Both the position numbers and the translations under genes were made by a program. DNA of 64,000 bases from Balanoglossus misakiensis (Eukaryota; Animalia; Hemichordata). The stretch lies in NCBI GenBank assembly GCA_040954595.2, contig CM082584.2, positions 3,317,344 through 3,381,343 of the forward strand, in the 5' to 3' direction. Positions 1-13,223 of this stretch are shown piece after piece. The notes beneath the pieces were generated by a model. That model did not search any database, was not told the origin of the DNA, and was given only the letters and a program-made list of their open reading frames with translations. Positions within the stretch are counted from its first letter, which is position 1; each line of letters begins with the position of its first letter.

Positions 1-988
1 ACGAACGAAACTTCTGTGTGAACAGCATTAGAAATAAACAGTCACCTACGTCAATTTAGCCACAGTCACCATTGGAATTCAAGATCTCACCAATATTTTC
101 AACGAGTTAGCATACGAAAGAAATACATTATCACAAGGTTATCACACAACTTACATGCGTGCTTTTAACCAAATAATGAGTCATTAAGTAAATTAGATAT
201 GATTGGATGACAACAGGAGTATGACAGAAACTTATATTTACAGATGATATCGCCATTGGCAATGTGACACTAACCTATACAATGGGTAAGATTCCTATAA
301 CACATCATTTCTGAATATAGATAATATATAACATTCACACTAACAATGAAGTTTTGTTTCGGGGTGTGGGGGTGTTGATCTAAACAGAAAAAAGTTTTGA
401 AACCAACAAGCTGAGACAACGTTCCTAAGATTATGGTCAGTATGAAGCATACTGGTACAGTTTGTTCTTGTGGTCATAACTTGTAGATACTATTATATAT
501 GGCTAGCACATTCTATGTGTGACAGATGATCTTGCTTCCAAGTATTAAAGCCTCAATTGCTGCCACTATTATCATATTTTAAAGGCCCTTTCCACGTTCC
601 CAGGGCAGTACAATGAAGGCAAACTAGAAAGACTTTGTGTTAGCATGTAACTGTGTTGTTGTTGTTTTTTGGAAACAAAAAAATTGACCAACTGTTGAGC
701 AAGGCCTTTATTCAGTAGAGTACTTTATATTCTCCTTATGCTAAGTTGAAAAATGACACTACTACTGGAGATTTTAATAGCCATACCTTATAGTTGTGTT
801 CTTTTGCATTAGGCAGTTGAATAAAGGTGTGCGGCACCATACCTGTTCATGTTTACATGTACAGTCACACTCTGAAGTTGTGTCTGTGTATACCCACAAG
901 TTAGCTCACTTAAATGGACCATTCTAAGTTTGAAAGTAAAATCATGGAAAAGCATTCAAGAAACGGAAGCTATTTTGGCTTTAACACC

Positions 989-1426
989 TGTCATGTCTCC
1001 CAATTGTAGGGTAAAACACGTTCTCGGGTGATGGTGATGATGGTTGATGAAGAGATGGGAACACGTGCGGGGTGTAGATTTAAACGCCAATGACTTTATT
1101 TAGAAAGGCCAGCCGTGGACACATACAGGACAAGCCTGCAGTCCCGGCTGGACCAGCGGAACAACCGCACTCCTAGAATTCTCGAACTGAACTCCCCCCT
1201 TACCAAGATACAGAATCATTTTTAAACACATCAAACTGCCCGCGTGGGGTCTTTACATAACACTATTGTTCTTCGCCTAAGCTGTGAACGCCAGTAGTCA
1301 AAATGTAAATTACTTACAGCTAGCCACCAGTACGTAAAATTCTTTATGTGAGTGTGAATTGGTGATTTCGGATGGAATTTCTGGCGTCCCCGCAGCCCCT
1401 AACAACGTCATATTGATGTCATGACA
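989..1426 (-). repeat. 3' LTR of the 989-3283 element
   Basis: TG...CA ends; direct repeat of 2845-3283. Confidence 0.85.
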
Positions 1427-2844
1427 TGGGCGTTCCGAGCTCGATGGAATGACCTCACTCCATGAAAGGAGTAGGTGTTCAATCGAGTAAAAATATAAGT
1501 GTACAGTATGATTATGAGAATCCTTCAAAAATACATTTCTATAAGAGAGGAAAGTCTGAAACACATATGATTTACAATCAGAAAATGCGTGGTCTCTATT
1601 CAAATACTTTCCGCATCTTTGGCGGTTAAACATATCGCTGGAACGGCTTTTAGAGAAAAAAATGCGTACTGTGCGCGTGAAGAAGCGATGGCGGACTTGT
1701 TGTGTCACTCGGCCCATCAATATATAGTTTTGCCGTCAGCTTAAAATAATAATATAGCCTTTTGAAATATTAAATCATATGAAAAACACGATGGCTTTAG
1801 CGTAAAAAATGGGGACCAGGCACTGGTGTTTCGAAATGCCTCTAATAATGCATGCCAAAAAGATTCTCAACCGTCCTCGGAACAGAATATACACAATACA
1901 TTAAATGAGCAACGATAATTATAAAAACTAGACATGAACAAAAATTGCATGCATACATTTTTTTAAAAAGTCTTATGTTGTAACATTTTGAGTCCTAATT
2001 TCTTGTGTCAGTTGTTTTCTTCTCATGGGTAAAAGTTGTTAGCGCACCAAAGAAATGTCTTTACGTTTTCATTCGTAAGGCAGTCTTTTGCTTCTTGAGT
2101 TAACTTGATGATTCCTTTGCTTGTTTTTGGTGCTTGTAAATTCGAGTTCGTAGGGAAAGAGTTCCATGTTGGCATTGGTTGTTCGATAAAAGATTTTCCT
2201 TACAGTGATTCTACTAAGCGAAGTCGATGTTTGAAAATTTTCTCGCAATGAATACAGAGGAACATAACAATTTCGAAACGTCGATACTGTCGAAAATTGA
2301 AAACTTAAGAAATCTTACTCAGAAATTCCATTCTTTCCCAACCCGCTTGTGTATGTGTATTATTTTTGTATTTAAATTTCCCAACCCGCGTATAGGCTCG
2401 TAGAATATGCTATGCGTTTGATCTTTAAAATAAATGAGCCATTTGAAAAAAAGAGAAATTTAAGAGCATGTTTCTTTTGATTCGACAATACAAACATTGG
2501 TCAAAGCTAACACTCTAAATTTCAAAACTTACGAATCGCAACAATATAACCACTGCGGAGTAAATCTTCACCATTTTTGTCGATGTGTGTCACTGGCAAC
2601 GTAGATTCAGTTACATACGTCTTTTTGTATCGGGGAATAGCTCATGGAACCTCTTCGTTCGTTGATCGGGGAATTCGCTGGACGATAGCTCGGTTGGCAA
2701 CGATGGGCAGCGACGTGAAGTCTGGCGTGTAGCTTTGTTCTTCGGGAATTTCCACTCATCTGGTAGAGTTCCTCCTCTTGGCCTGCGAGAGGTGTCTGGC
2801 GACCCAAAGCCAGTCTTGGTACCGGAAATTCGGATCCTCCATCA

Positions 2845-3283
2845 TGTCATGTCTCTCAATTGTACACGTTCAACACGTTCTCGGGTGATGGTGACGATGG
2901 TTGATGAAGAGATGGGAACACGTGCGGGGTGTAGATTTAAACGCCGATGAATTTATTTAGAAAGGCCAGCCGTGGACACATACAGGACAAGCCTGCAGTC
3001 CCGGCTGGACCAGCGGAACGACCGCACTCCTAGAATTCTCGAACTGAACTCCCCCCTTACCAAGATACAGAATCATTTTTAAACACATCAAACTGCCCGC
3101 GTGGGGTCTTTACAAAACACTATTGTTCTTCGCCTAAGCTGTGAACGCAGGTAGTCAAAATGTAAATTAGTTACAGCTAGCCACCAGTACGTAAAATTCT
3201 TTATGTGAGTGTGAATTGGTGATTTCGGATGGAATTTCTGGCGTCCCCACAGCCCCTAACAACGTCATATTGGTGTCATGACA
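2845..3283 (-). repeat. 5' LTR of the 989-3283 element
   Basis: TG...CA ends; followed on the minus strand by a PBS-like sequence. Confidence 0.85.
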
Positions 3284-3529
3284 CACCCATGCCTGTAATA
3301 GGTGTACATGTGATGTGCATAATTTTGTGCTTACAGGTGACACCTTTTCCTGGTGAATCTACCAGATCAGCTATGTTGCTTCAGATACAGCTGGCAACCA
3401 TGCACAGTGCAACTTTTATATATACTGCGTGAGTGAATTGTTATCTTTCATGATATAAGCTGTACAAATTAATTAATTGTCATCCCTGTCTCATGTAATG
3501 TCTTGTCCCATACTGTAACACGGGAAAGG

Positions 3530-5941
3530 CCATGTGTACAGGCATATGAAAAACTAAAACGAGGCGAGTTCTCGACCAGTTCACGGGTATCTATTTTCCT
3601 ATCGATTGTTAGCCGCTACCTTATCAATGAATGTACAACATATCACATGTGTAGCCAACATTCCAACAGATTACGCAAGCCGCCATCCTGCAGAATGCGC
3701 TGACAAGAGCTGTCAAGTTTGCAAGTTTATTATAGATATGGAAGAGTCCGTTATCCACTCTATTTCCATCTCAAATGTGATTGAGGGGACACCAAAGATG
3801 TCTTTTACTAATCGCGCAGCTTGGAGAGCCGTTCAACTTGAATGCCCAGATCTGCGGCGCACCCATTCTCATTTGGCGCAAGGTACCCGGCCATCTAAGA
3901 AGATGGTTGAAATACAAGGTGTCAAACGGTATCTGCGCGATGTTACCATTGCCAACGATGGTCTCTTAGTAGTAACTAATAATCAGCCATTTCAACCTAC
4001 CAGAGAACGTGTAGTAGTGCCTACATGTAGATGTGTCACATGTAGATGTGTACTCACTGCTATTCATGTACGTTTCCATCATCCCACTAAACACCAAATG
4101 AAACGCCTCCTTCAAAGATACCTCTATGCACTCGATATGGACAAGGCCATCGAGAACACCTGTTGTACTTGCCACCATTGTCTCTCACTAAAATCTGTGC
4201 CCACAAGTCTGATCCCACAGTCCACTTCATCTCCCCAACACCAAATTGGGCGGTCGTATGCTGCAGACATCATGCGAAGATATAAACAGTGTTTTTTGTA
4301 CTTCGTGAAACTGCCTCATCCTTTACCATGACAACACTTATTGACAATGAGCGCCATGATACAATAAGATATGCTATCATATCCCTTAATGCTGGTATTC
4401 GGCCACTTGGAGATGATGAGATAACGATCCGTATCGACTCAGGTCCTGGATTAATCGCTCTTACCAAAGACCCTCTTTTGAGAAAACTACATATCAAGCT
4501 GGACAATGGCGAGGTGAAGAATGTAAATAAAAAACCAGTAGCTGAAAATGCATTGAAGGAATTAGCCCTTGAATGCCTGAACATCAATCCAGATGGGGGT
4601 CCCCTGACTAGTGTCACGTTGGCACTAGCAACGGCAAGCATGAATGCTAGGATTAGACGTGATGGATTATCCGCTAGAGAAATATGGACTCAGCGAGACC
4701 AGATCACTGGCGAACAACTTACCCTGGATGACAAACAAATTATCCTAAATCAACACTTCAGTCGCATACAAAACCATGCATCAAGTTCCAAAAGCAAAGC
4801 CCATGGTAAAACAGTTATGGCAACCAATAACTTCTAAGTTGGGGATCTCGTCTACCTGTATAGAGCAAGAGATAAAACCCGTGCCAGGGATAAATATCTG
4901 GTAACCAGTATAATCGACGATAAATGCCAAATAAGCTGCAGATACGCTCGAAGTTGTATGACGTCAAGCTTTCGGACTGTCATCCTATCAGGCCCACTGT
5001 ATTGTCACAGTCAGGTCCAATCAGGGGCCTTGACGAGAGTAATGATGACGATGTTACCGATGCAGCTCCCATGGAAGAAACAAGCCAAACCGTGTCAAAA
5101 TCTCTTCTGCCGCTGACACCAGCAGAGCCAACGCATACACATTCAGTAATATCTACACCAATTTTGGCGGACATACCAAATGCTGAATGGACTATACCGG
5201 CACCACCAAATAGCTCACCAATAGATATAGCGCCATCGCCACTTTTATCACCAACATCATCACCATGCAAGGACAACAGCAACAAAAGTTCGTCCCCAGT
5301 GAAAGAGCTACGTCGATCCTCGAGAATTAGGAAACCACCATCGTGGCAAGAATCTGGAGACTGGATACTTAAATAAGTACTGCTTAAAATATAGGCCATA
5401 ATGATGCCTGTAACAAGGTGAGAGCCTAGCGCCGCCCACTTTCATGCAACTCGGTGTCACTGTTCCATGAACAGTCGACAATCATCAAGACATAAACAAG
5501 AATCTGCAGACTGGATACTTACCCGAGCATGCACTGTGTTAGATATAGGCCATAATAATGCCCCTGACAGGGTGAGGGCCTAGCGCCGCCCGCTTTCGTG
5601 CAACTCATTAATGATATTTTGGTGTGAATTTTGTCAATGTGAGTATTAATATTGTATAAATTAATTGAGTTTTGCGACTTTGTGATGATGTTTTGACTAA
5701 TTGAGTTTTGTGGTCTAACAGTTTGATTAGTAGTAAATTTTTGTCTCCTGAAAAGGGAGGAGGGGGAGGAGAAGTGATAACGCCAACACATTACATTGTT
5801 ATTGTATTGTTATTTACTAAGTATGTGTGTTTGCCGTTTGTTGTCTCTTGTTATTGCTCGCTAATAAAACGGTTGCAGTTCATTGCACGTCAAGTTGTTC
5901 TGTCTTTATTGCCGTAGGATGTAAAACAAACATTTCCTACA
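3530..5941 (+). mobile_element. Degenerate Gypsy-like LTR retrotransposon 3' portion: RNase H end, integrase, PPT and 3' LTR (ends approximate)
   Basis: ORFs 3606-4331, 4289-4837 and 4924-5376 are broken by frameshifts and stops. Motifs: N-x-x-x-DY-A-SR (RNase H end), H-x4-H...C-x2-C zinc finger, IRIDSGPG...NKKPVAE integrase core, LRRSSRIRKPP tail. Polypurine tract 5750-5774, then TGATAAC (LTR start 5775) and AATAAA at ~5863. Confidence 0.8.
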
Positions 5942-6369
5942 GATGTTTAACCGGTTCAGACCAGCGTTTGTCAGTAAATCCACCTCCAAGAACAAATGAT
6001 CCACCAAATGTTGCAGAGCCTGCATTGTATCATTTTGAGATTATACATTTCGAAGTAATTCGCAAATACGCCCTATTCATACGTCTGGCGCCCTCACGTA
6101 GACATGAAAAGCGTGTATCCCTAACATCTAATAAAGAAAACACTCATGATCATAATGATGTAACACGGTCAAACACGTGAATTTGGATGTGTGAAGAGTA
6201 TTGCTGGCCACGTCGATACCTTTCCAGCCATATTTCTAACACATTTTGATATCTGATGCAGTCAAAGTGACTGTATACAGTTCAAAGTGCACGTTCGTTT
6301 TGGAGTGCCACAGGGTTCAGTTCTTTGCCCTATTTTGTTCACGATCTATATATCTCCATAGGGAACCCT

Positions 6370-7238
6370 TATTCGTCAGCACAACCTACAATTCCATCAA
6401 TATGCAGATGACAATCAGATTTACCTTGCCTTCTCTCACACCGATTCATCTTCCGCTATAACATCAATTGAGGCCTGTATCCGTGACCTCATTGACTGGA
6501 TAACCCAAACCAAGCTTCAACTCAACGACTCCAAAACTGAGTTCACAATTCCACCACTCTGCTGATGCTATTGACAAGATTACCATTGGTTCAAGCTCTG
6601 TTCCCATTGTCAAATCAGCTCGCAATATTGGGGTAACATTTGACAATACGCAAATGCATAAAGATCACATCAAGACAACTTGTCAACTACTTTCGCCATG
6701 TCGGACAAATCAGGAAATTTCTTAGCAAAGCAACATATCAAACAGTGATTCCTATTGACAGCGAAACTCGACTATGGTAATGCATTGATGTATATGGTCT
6801 ACCAGAAAACAGTCTCAACCTTCTACAACGCACACAAAATACAGCGGCAAGAATCATAAATCTGCCCATATAACGCCTGTTCTTCAACTTCTTCATTGGT
6901 TACCAGTTCGCTACAGGATCGAGTATAAAATCATTCTGCTGACATACAAAGCCTTAAATAATCTCGCTCCGAACTATATTCGCGATCTCATTGGGACATA
7001 TTCTCCTGGTCGCAGTCTTCGTTCAGCTAATAAGAGCCTTTTATGCACTACAATGTACAAACGTTCATCATACGGTGGCCGAGCATTCTCACATGCTGCA
7101 CCGAAACTCTTTACCACAAGACATTCGCCAAGCTCCAAGTTTGAGCATCTTAAGAAAAGACTGAAGACGCATTTTTTTCGCAAGAGCATATGGTGTGGGC
7201 CAATGAGCGCAAGCGCCTTTGAGTATGACAAATTTCTC

Positions 7239-7306
<68 letters not shown>
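6370..7306 (+). mobile_element. 5'-truncated L2/CR1-group LINE remnant with (ATTG)n tail
   Basis: Broken frames give YADD-like (tatgcagatgac), KLQLNDSKTE, LDYGNAL and LHWLPVRYRIEYKIILLTYKAL; ends in an (ATTG)n microsatellite at ~7238-7306. Confidence 0.85.
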
Positions 7307-7307
<1 letters not shown>

Positions 7308-7492
7308 TTTGAAAGTGCATAGCGTAGATGCTGAAAAGCCTTAGAACAACTCAGGAACAATTTGGAATGAGAGCAAATAAAATGACATCCGAATTCATGT
7401 TACTGTTTCATGCGAAGTCGGCATAGACCCGACTTAGTGTAAAAATGGGAGGAATGTAATCTTGATTAAGAACCGTTACGATGAATGCTTAC

Positions 7493-10233
7493 CTTTTAAG
7501 ACACCGAGGGAAACGTCGAGAAGAGACTCATATTCGCGCGGTTTGTTTTTATTTTTGTACCACTCCGCAACCTCTGTCGCAGTCTTAAGTTCACTTTCCT
7601 TCTGGAAGTCACACCCAATTTTAACATAGTATTTACCTGTAATAAAAAGTTGGTACAAGCAATAACTACAATCCTATGATAAAGGTCAATCAGTTGAGTG
7701 CTCAATTTGGTGTTGTTACCAACTGATCTACCCATCTTTATATTGTGATAAATATGGGTCATTGTGTTGTAGTACAAATTTACGTGCATGTGAAGGCTAA
7801 CAGAACCCTTAAAAGGGACATTACCTGTATCTATTGGCTTTTTTTCAGTATTTTTGTTCTGTGCACCAAATGCAATGCTTGTCTTACTCCAGAGACTAAT
7901 TTTATTATACCCAGTACATACTCTGCTTATCAACATAACCTGTATGTGTGTAACGTCATTATTATTGTTGACAAGTGAATTGCAATCCGGACTATAATAC
8001 AAATTATATTATATCATGCTACCGTCCACCATTCTGATTGGACGAGAGCGATTGAAACATACTGTTTTACCACTGGTAAAACGGGCCCCTGAACTAGCAT
8101 GCAGCAGAGAAAATGTGTGGTTAAACCACAGTCGCACGGGATTAAACCAAATAAATAACATAAAACACTTGCATTTAGGGACGTTTCATTTTCGAACTGC
8201 TCAGCTCTGATTGTTTTGCACTATGGTCACTTTTTTCGTCTGCTTCATGTTTAATGCTTGACCCCGGGCCGCTCGTGTTTACATTCATCGTCGCAATGTT
8301 GGTTCACGATCGTAATTTCTCTTTCTGACGCCGTTTCGTCAAGATTTGGGCACACTTCGCTCCATATAGCACTCGCCTAATGGCTCGTGCTATATGTCTC
8401 GAATTGAACCCAAATCTCGTGTATACCGCCTGCGGCGGAGGTTATTGCTTAATTAATATGCACAATAACAATGCTGACGATACACGTATTGTGTTGTGTT
8501 AATAAGCTGCATACTGGGAATTTCATCGTGTTTCAGGAATTTGAACGAGAAAATCCAGTACATACACAAGTGAAACATACTGACAGTGAAAAGTTACAGA
8601 TAAATGAGCTTTAATGCAGGGATCAACATACCATCCGGGTATTTGATTGGCGGGAAAAACCCATTTGTGTAGAAGTTGCCATTTTCTTCGTGGTACAGAA
8701 GGGTGGAAGGCATGTCCTTCATCCTCTGCGCGTCTGTGTCTTTGACCTCAATGAATACAACAGTAACACCAGTTAATTCTGTGTCTAGTACCTGTCGCTG
8801 TGGGAGCAAGTCCCTGAATGCGGTAAATGCCCCCGTGGTAAGGAGCACTCTTCCGGCGAAGATATGTCGACCCGTGGCTGTGGTGACTTTCACGCGTCTA
8901 GAACCACCCGGCTCAGTGGATTCTCCCACCTTGTCTACCACGTCGTCTATTACATCACAACCCTGCAGCCGGGCCAGTTTCTGTTCTGCGGCAAGCATTG
9001 CTCGCGGGTTGACATGCCCGGCTCCCCGACACTCAAGTATACCTTCTCTGTCAGCATCGATTGATATGTATGGGAATTTCTGAGTAACTTCCTCCTGATT
9101 AAGTATTTGGATCGCCACTTTTAAATCTTGGGCATTCTTCCTAACATTTTCTCTCAGGAGACCATACTTTGGCAAAAGTGACATGAAGCCAACTTCGGTA
9201 TAGAAAATGATACCTGCGTGAAAAGTGAGATGCAAACGGTATCTGTAATACACCTGCAGCAAACCGTAATATAAAAATACACTATTGGAATGCATTCATA
9301 AAGGAAATATACGTTTAAATTAAAAGGGGGAAGTGATTGGGGTTTGTTTTGTTTTGTTTGAGGAGATGTTATTATCACACATAGCGGTCCATACCACTTT
9401 TTCTTGTCAACTGAGACTGAAGTTATAGAAACTCCCAGTCGATGCTCAACAAAAATTGAGGGACTGTCATTTTTCTGTTAAATATAAGTTTCTATCTTTA
9501 CCCGATTTTGCCTCCAGTTCCCGGTATCTTCCAATGGACCTTTTCGCGAGTTCTGCCCAAGTTGGATCGGGATCGATCGTCCTAGTAATTCGAGCTTCGT
9601 GAAAGTGAGCTCCGAAAATTCCATGCTGGCATTCAAGGCGATTCTGAAATGTCGTTCAGATTATGATTTCAGACTCGTGTACATCGATTTCCTTTAGTTA
9701 CTTCTCGGAAGAAATAATGGTGTTTTGTTATTGCAGGGCAAACACATCTGACAGTCTGCGCCACTAATAAATACATAACGGGCAACCGCTATCACCACTT
9801 AAGTTTTACAGGCTTCTTATGTATATACATCAATCCATCACACTAAGCATGCTGTGATAACAATGATAATATTTTAGAATTAACGGTTTGATTCTTACAT
9901 CGGTTGGACTACAGCCATACAATGTCGACTTCGTTTTTTTTTTTTTAACAGGTTGCCTTGAAAAATTACTCGAATGTTGGCTTCCCAATTAGCAATTCTT
10001 AGGGAACATTTCACATTTTCGATTTTGTCACAGAATTCTATAGCGTCAGAGGAAATTTAGCGCGTGCTACGAAATCTGAGCTATATAAGCTTACCTACCG
10101 CAGGTTCTTTTGGTCCGACAAGAACGACTCGCAAATCCGGTGAAATAAGCGTCGCGTGTCTCGCGGCAGCAGAACCAATCAGACCAGCGCCCACAATGCA
10201 CAGATCATACACATCTTCGCTGCGATTGGACAT
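7493..10233 (-). CDS. FAD-dependent oxidoreductase, sarcosine oxidase/DAO-like; 4 exons visible, terminal exon not found in window
   Basis: Exons 10233-10099, 9643-9502, 9213-8632 and 7636-7493 with GT-AG borders and matching phases. Motifs YDLCIVGAGLIGSAAARH (Rossmann GxGxxG), GAHFHEARITR, AGHVNPR, VLLTTGAFT, PPIKYPDGKYYVKIG. Confidence 0.85.
8006..8457. mobile_element. Non-autonomous insertion (Crypton/Helitron2-like) inside an older repeat; ends approximate
   Basis: Flanks 7930-8005 and 8458-8610 are collinear with an uninterrupted copy at ~30505-30730. Internal hairpin atagcac-tcgcctaatggctc-gtgctat at ~8367-8394. Confidence 0.55.
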
Positions 10234-11220
10234 CCCACTGTTTGAAAATTTAAAAAAAAGGAAAATTGATAATGTGTCATGTGGTGCTGTCGATAAAAAA
10301 ACATAATTAATATGTTTGACAACCATATTAATATCCACGCCACACCTACCCAAACTCTAATTAGTTATTGCCATTTTGGACCTAACTCACCTGTTCAGTA
10401 TTGTTGAGATATGTTCTTAGACCAGTCCCACAAATTAGACCAAATCATATCGAATATATGTGTTAACTTGATTTCCAACTCACTTTCTCAACGCACTGCT
10501 GAGACAAGTTCATGAATTTTTATCGTCAAAAAACATGGGTCGATCACTTAGAACATGTTCAAAAACTTCAATTGCTTCTAAAAAATCTCACATGCAACAG
10601 CAGAACAACAGTAAATGACCTGGAGAATTTTGAATAGAAAGGGCTCAGTTTTGACGGAGTATATATGTGGGTTGATGTTGTGAACTCGGGTCGCACACCC
10701 TCGTATGAAATTAGTGGGAGTACGCTGACCAGCGACCGACAATCATCACCATTTCATTCCGTTCACAACACGGCTTGTCCGCTCGTTGTTAGGTTGAATG
10801 TATATGTCATACGAATTCAGCTGCGTGCATGTTCCCTGCATCCAGGTTGAGTGGGTACGACTTCAGCTGCATACTGTCCTAGTTTGCAATTTTGCTAGCA
10901 ATAGAATTGAACTAACCTGCTCTAGCTCTCTGGTCTGAGGCTCAGCAGTTGACTCACTGACCTAAATTTTCTTTAGTGAATGGCGTCGTCCAATCGCAAT
11001 CAGCTGATCACGGGTGACCTGCATATAACTAGACTGAGAGATTCGGTGGTGTGCGGGCGCTGCGACTCCCCGCCTAAGACCCTTTCCAGGGACAGGCATT
11101 TTCGGAGCGCCCGCACACGACTGAATCTTTCAGCCTGGCACACGAGTTCATCAATCCAGTCATCGCCGGTACATACAGAGATACACGACTGAGAACCGGC
11201 GTATGCACGGCAACGTCATC

Positions 11221-12987
11221 ATGACTACTATATTGCCGGAAGTGGAACAGCTTTCCTCGAGGGTGATTCGCGTTCTCGGATCCAATCCCGGTCCTTATAC
11301 CCTTCAGGGCACCAATACCTACTTGGTTGGCACCGGAAAGAGGTAGGTGAGATCCGTGAGTTGAACCCGGATATTTTTCTGTCGATCATGTTTGGCACCA
11401 TCGGCTCCTGCAGGTCTGGCAATGCATTCGTACATGTATTTGTACCAGCAACACAAAATTGAGTGCATGGCTGCTGACCCACTCAAAACATACATACATT
11501 GCTTTAAAAGCAGATACCATTTCGGAGAGTGCTCTGGATTTAATCATACAGGCTGAAATGAGGGAAACACTCTACATTAGGGATAGGCCATGGGATAATC
11601 TCTGGGGGGATTCTCTAAAAATAAATGTTGCCCCTCCCCTCCCTCCGTGAGCCGGCAAAAGCGTTTGTGATATATTGTCTTTTACTCACTTGTGGCTCGT
11701 ACAAGACCAAAAAGTCCCAACTCGTGTGAGAAATATATATACCATCATGATGGGGAGGGTGTGAGATTCTATTACTATTAGACCGTGTTGTTTTTCAAGG
11801 CCGACTTTCTACCGCCATATTTTTCTCAGGTACAAATAATCATACACTTTACAGGGTACCTGTATCATCTTTAAACAAATTGTTAGGGTTAGAGTAACGT
11901 ATACCTTTCTTCGCAGACAAAAGATATTATATTCAATTCATGCCTGATTATAAAATATGATTCATATCAGTATAAAGCAGGTTACTTTGTATATTCCGGA
12001 AGGTACAATTCAGTGTACATGTACTGGTTATTTGTTTTCTGTGTACACCAGCATGGAAGATTTTCACGAGTCTGTGAACACTGATTTGATATACCAGGTC
12101 CGAAACAGTTATGATAATCTTACAAAATATGCAGCATAAAGGGGTCACATTGTAAACTTTTCTAGTAACGGGACAAAGTTTTTCCACATTTACTAAAATT
12201 TGAAATTCAGAAGGGATTAATTTTCGTGTCTGTGTAGGCGCATCCTGATAGACACTGGCGAACCCAATGTACCGGAATACCTGTCAACGTTGAGGGCGAC
12301 CTTGAAGAAGCGCAACATTTAGATACAGGAATTTTTATGCACACATTTGCACACGGATCACGTTGGCGGAATAGCCGGAATCTGTGAACAAGTACAGAGT
12401 GGTATGGGTTTGCCACAATCGATTGGTTATCTTTTGACATTACTTTCATGATTTTAGTTTCAAAGTTTTAGTGATATCAAATAATGTATTTGTACAGCAA
12501 ATGTACTAGCCGACCACCGATTACTCATATTGACATGTCTGTACTCGGGAAACATTCCTCTTGCGAGAAACAAAAGTGACTGAAAGCTCATCAAACGGTT
12601 ACTGGTCTGTTAAGAGACAGCAGCGTTCTATCACTCCATATATATTCCACTATAAGCTCAAACCTTCATTTATTGCGATTGAATAAAATTCCGCATAACA
12701 AACTTATCATAAACAACTGAAAGAAGGTCTTCGTCATCACAAAATTGCTAACCAATTCGTAGGAAAATGCAAAGAACCCAGTTTTGATTAGCTTTGTGTT
12801 TGTTTAATACACGTTGTCGTATATTTAATAGTTTTTTTACGTTAATTTGGCGTCAAAGAAAGTGTCCCAAGAATTTCAAATTACCAAGAATTCCCAAGAT
12901 AAAGTAAGATGTTATAAGCTCCGATGCCATAAAATATACGTATCTCAGTCACGGTGACGTGATTAAGACCGAGGGTGCTACATTGAA
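11221..12987 (+). pseudogene. LACTB2: LACTB2 (metallo-beta-lactamase-fold endoribonuclease) 5' fragment, exons 1-3, with nonsense codons
   Basis: Exon 11221-11342 [40 protein letters not shown]. Exon 12238-12401 RILIDTGEP...THLHTDHVGG (HxHxDH) with in-frame TAG at 12320. Exon ~12858-12987 KLPRIPKIK*...GDVIKTEGATL with TAA. Later exons not found. Confidence 0.9.
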
Positions 12988-13223
12988 GTACGTACTATGA
13001 CAGAACCCCATGGCTTGATCGTGCAAGCACGGCGTACCGGCCAGAAAAGTTACAAGGTAGATTTGCCGCGAGACTAGACCTCAAGAATTACTACATTTGT
13101 ATAAATCAGCTGTCAAATCTCAAAGATTGGCTGACGTGAAATGTCATGCGACTTCCACTACTTCAAGTCACTGACCCCCCCCCCCTTTCCAAATCGGTGC
13201 GTTCTTGTAAGAACAATTAGAAA

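Larger units (their letters stand above)
989..3283 (-). mobile_element. Non-autonomous LTR retrotransposon with two ~438-bp LTRs and a non-coding interior
   Basis: Near-identical direct repeats at 989-1426 and 2845-3283, each TGTCATG...CATGACA. 4-bp TSD CACC at 985-988 and 3284-3287. Minus-strand AATAAA in each LTR. PBS-like TGATGGAGGATCCG (tRNA-Ala-like) adjoins the LTR at 2844 on the minus strand. No gag/pol recognisable inside. Confidence 0.85.
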
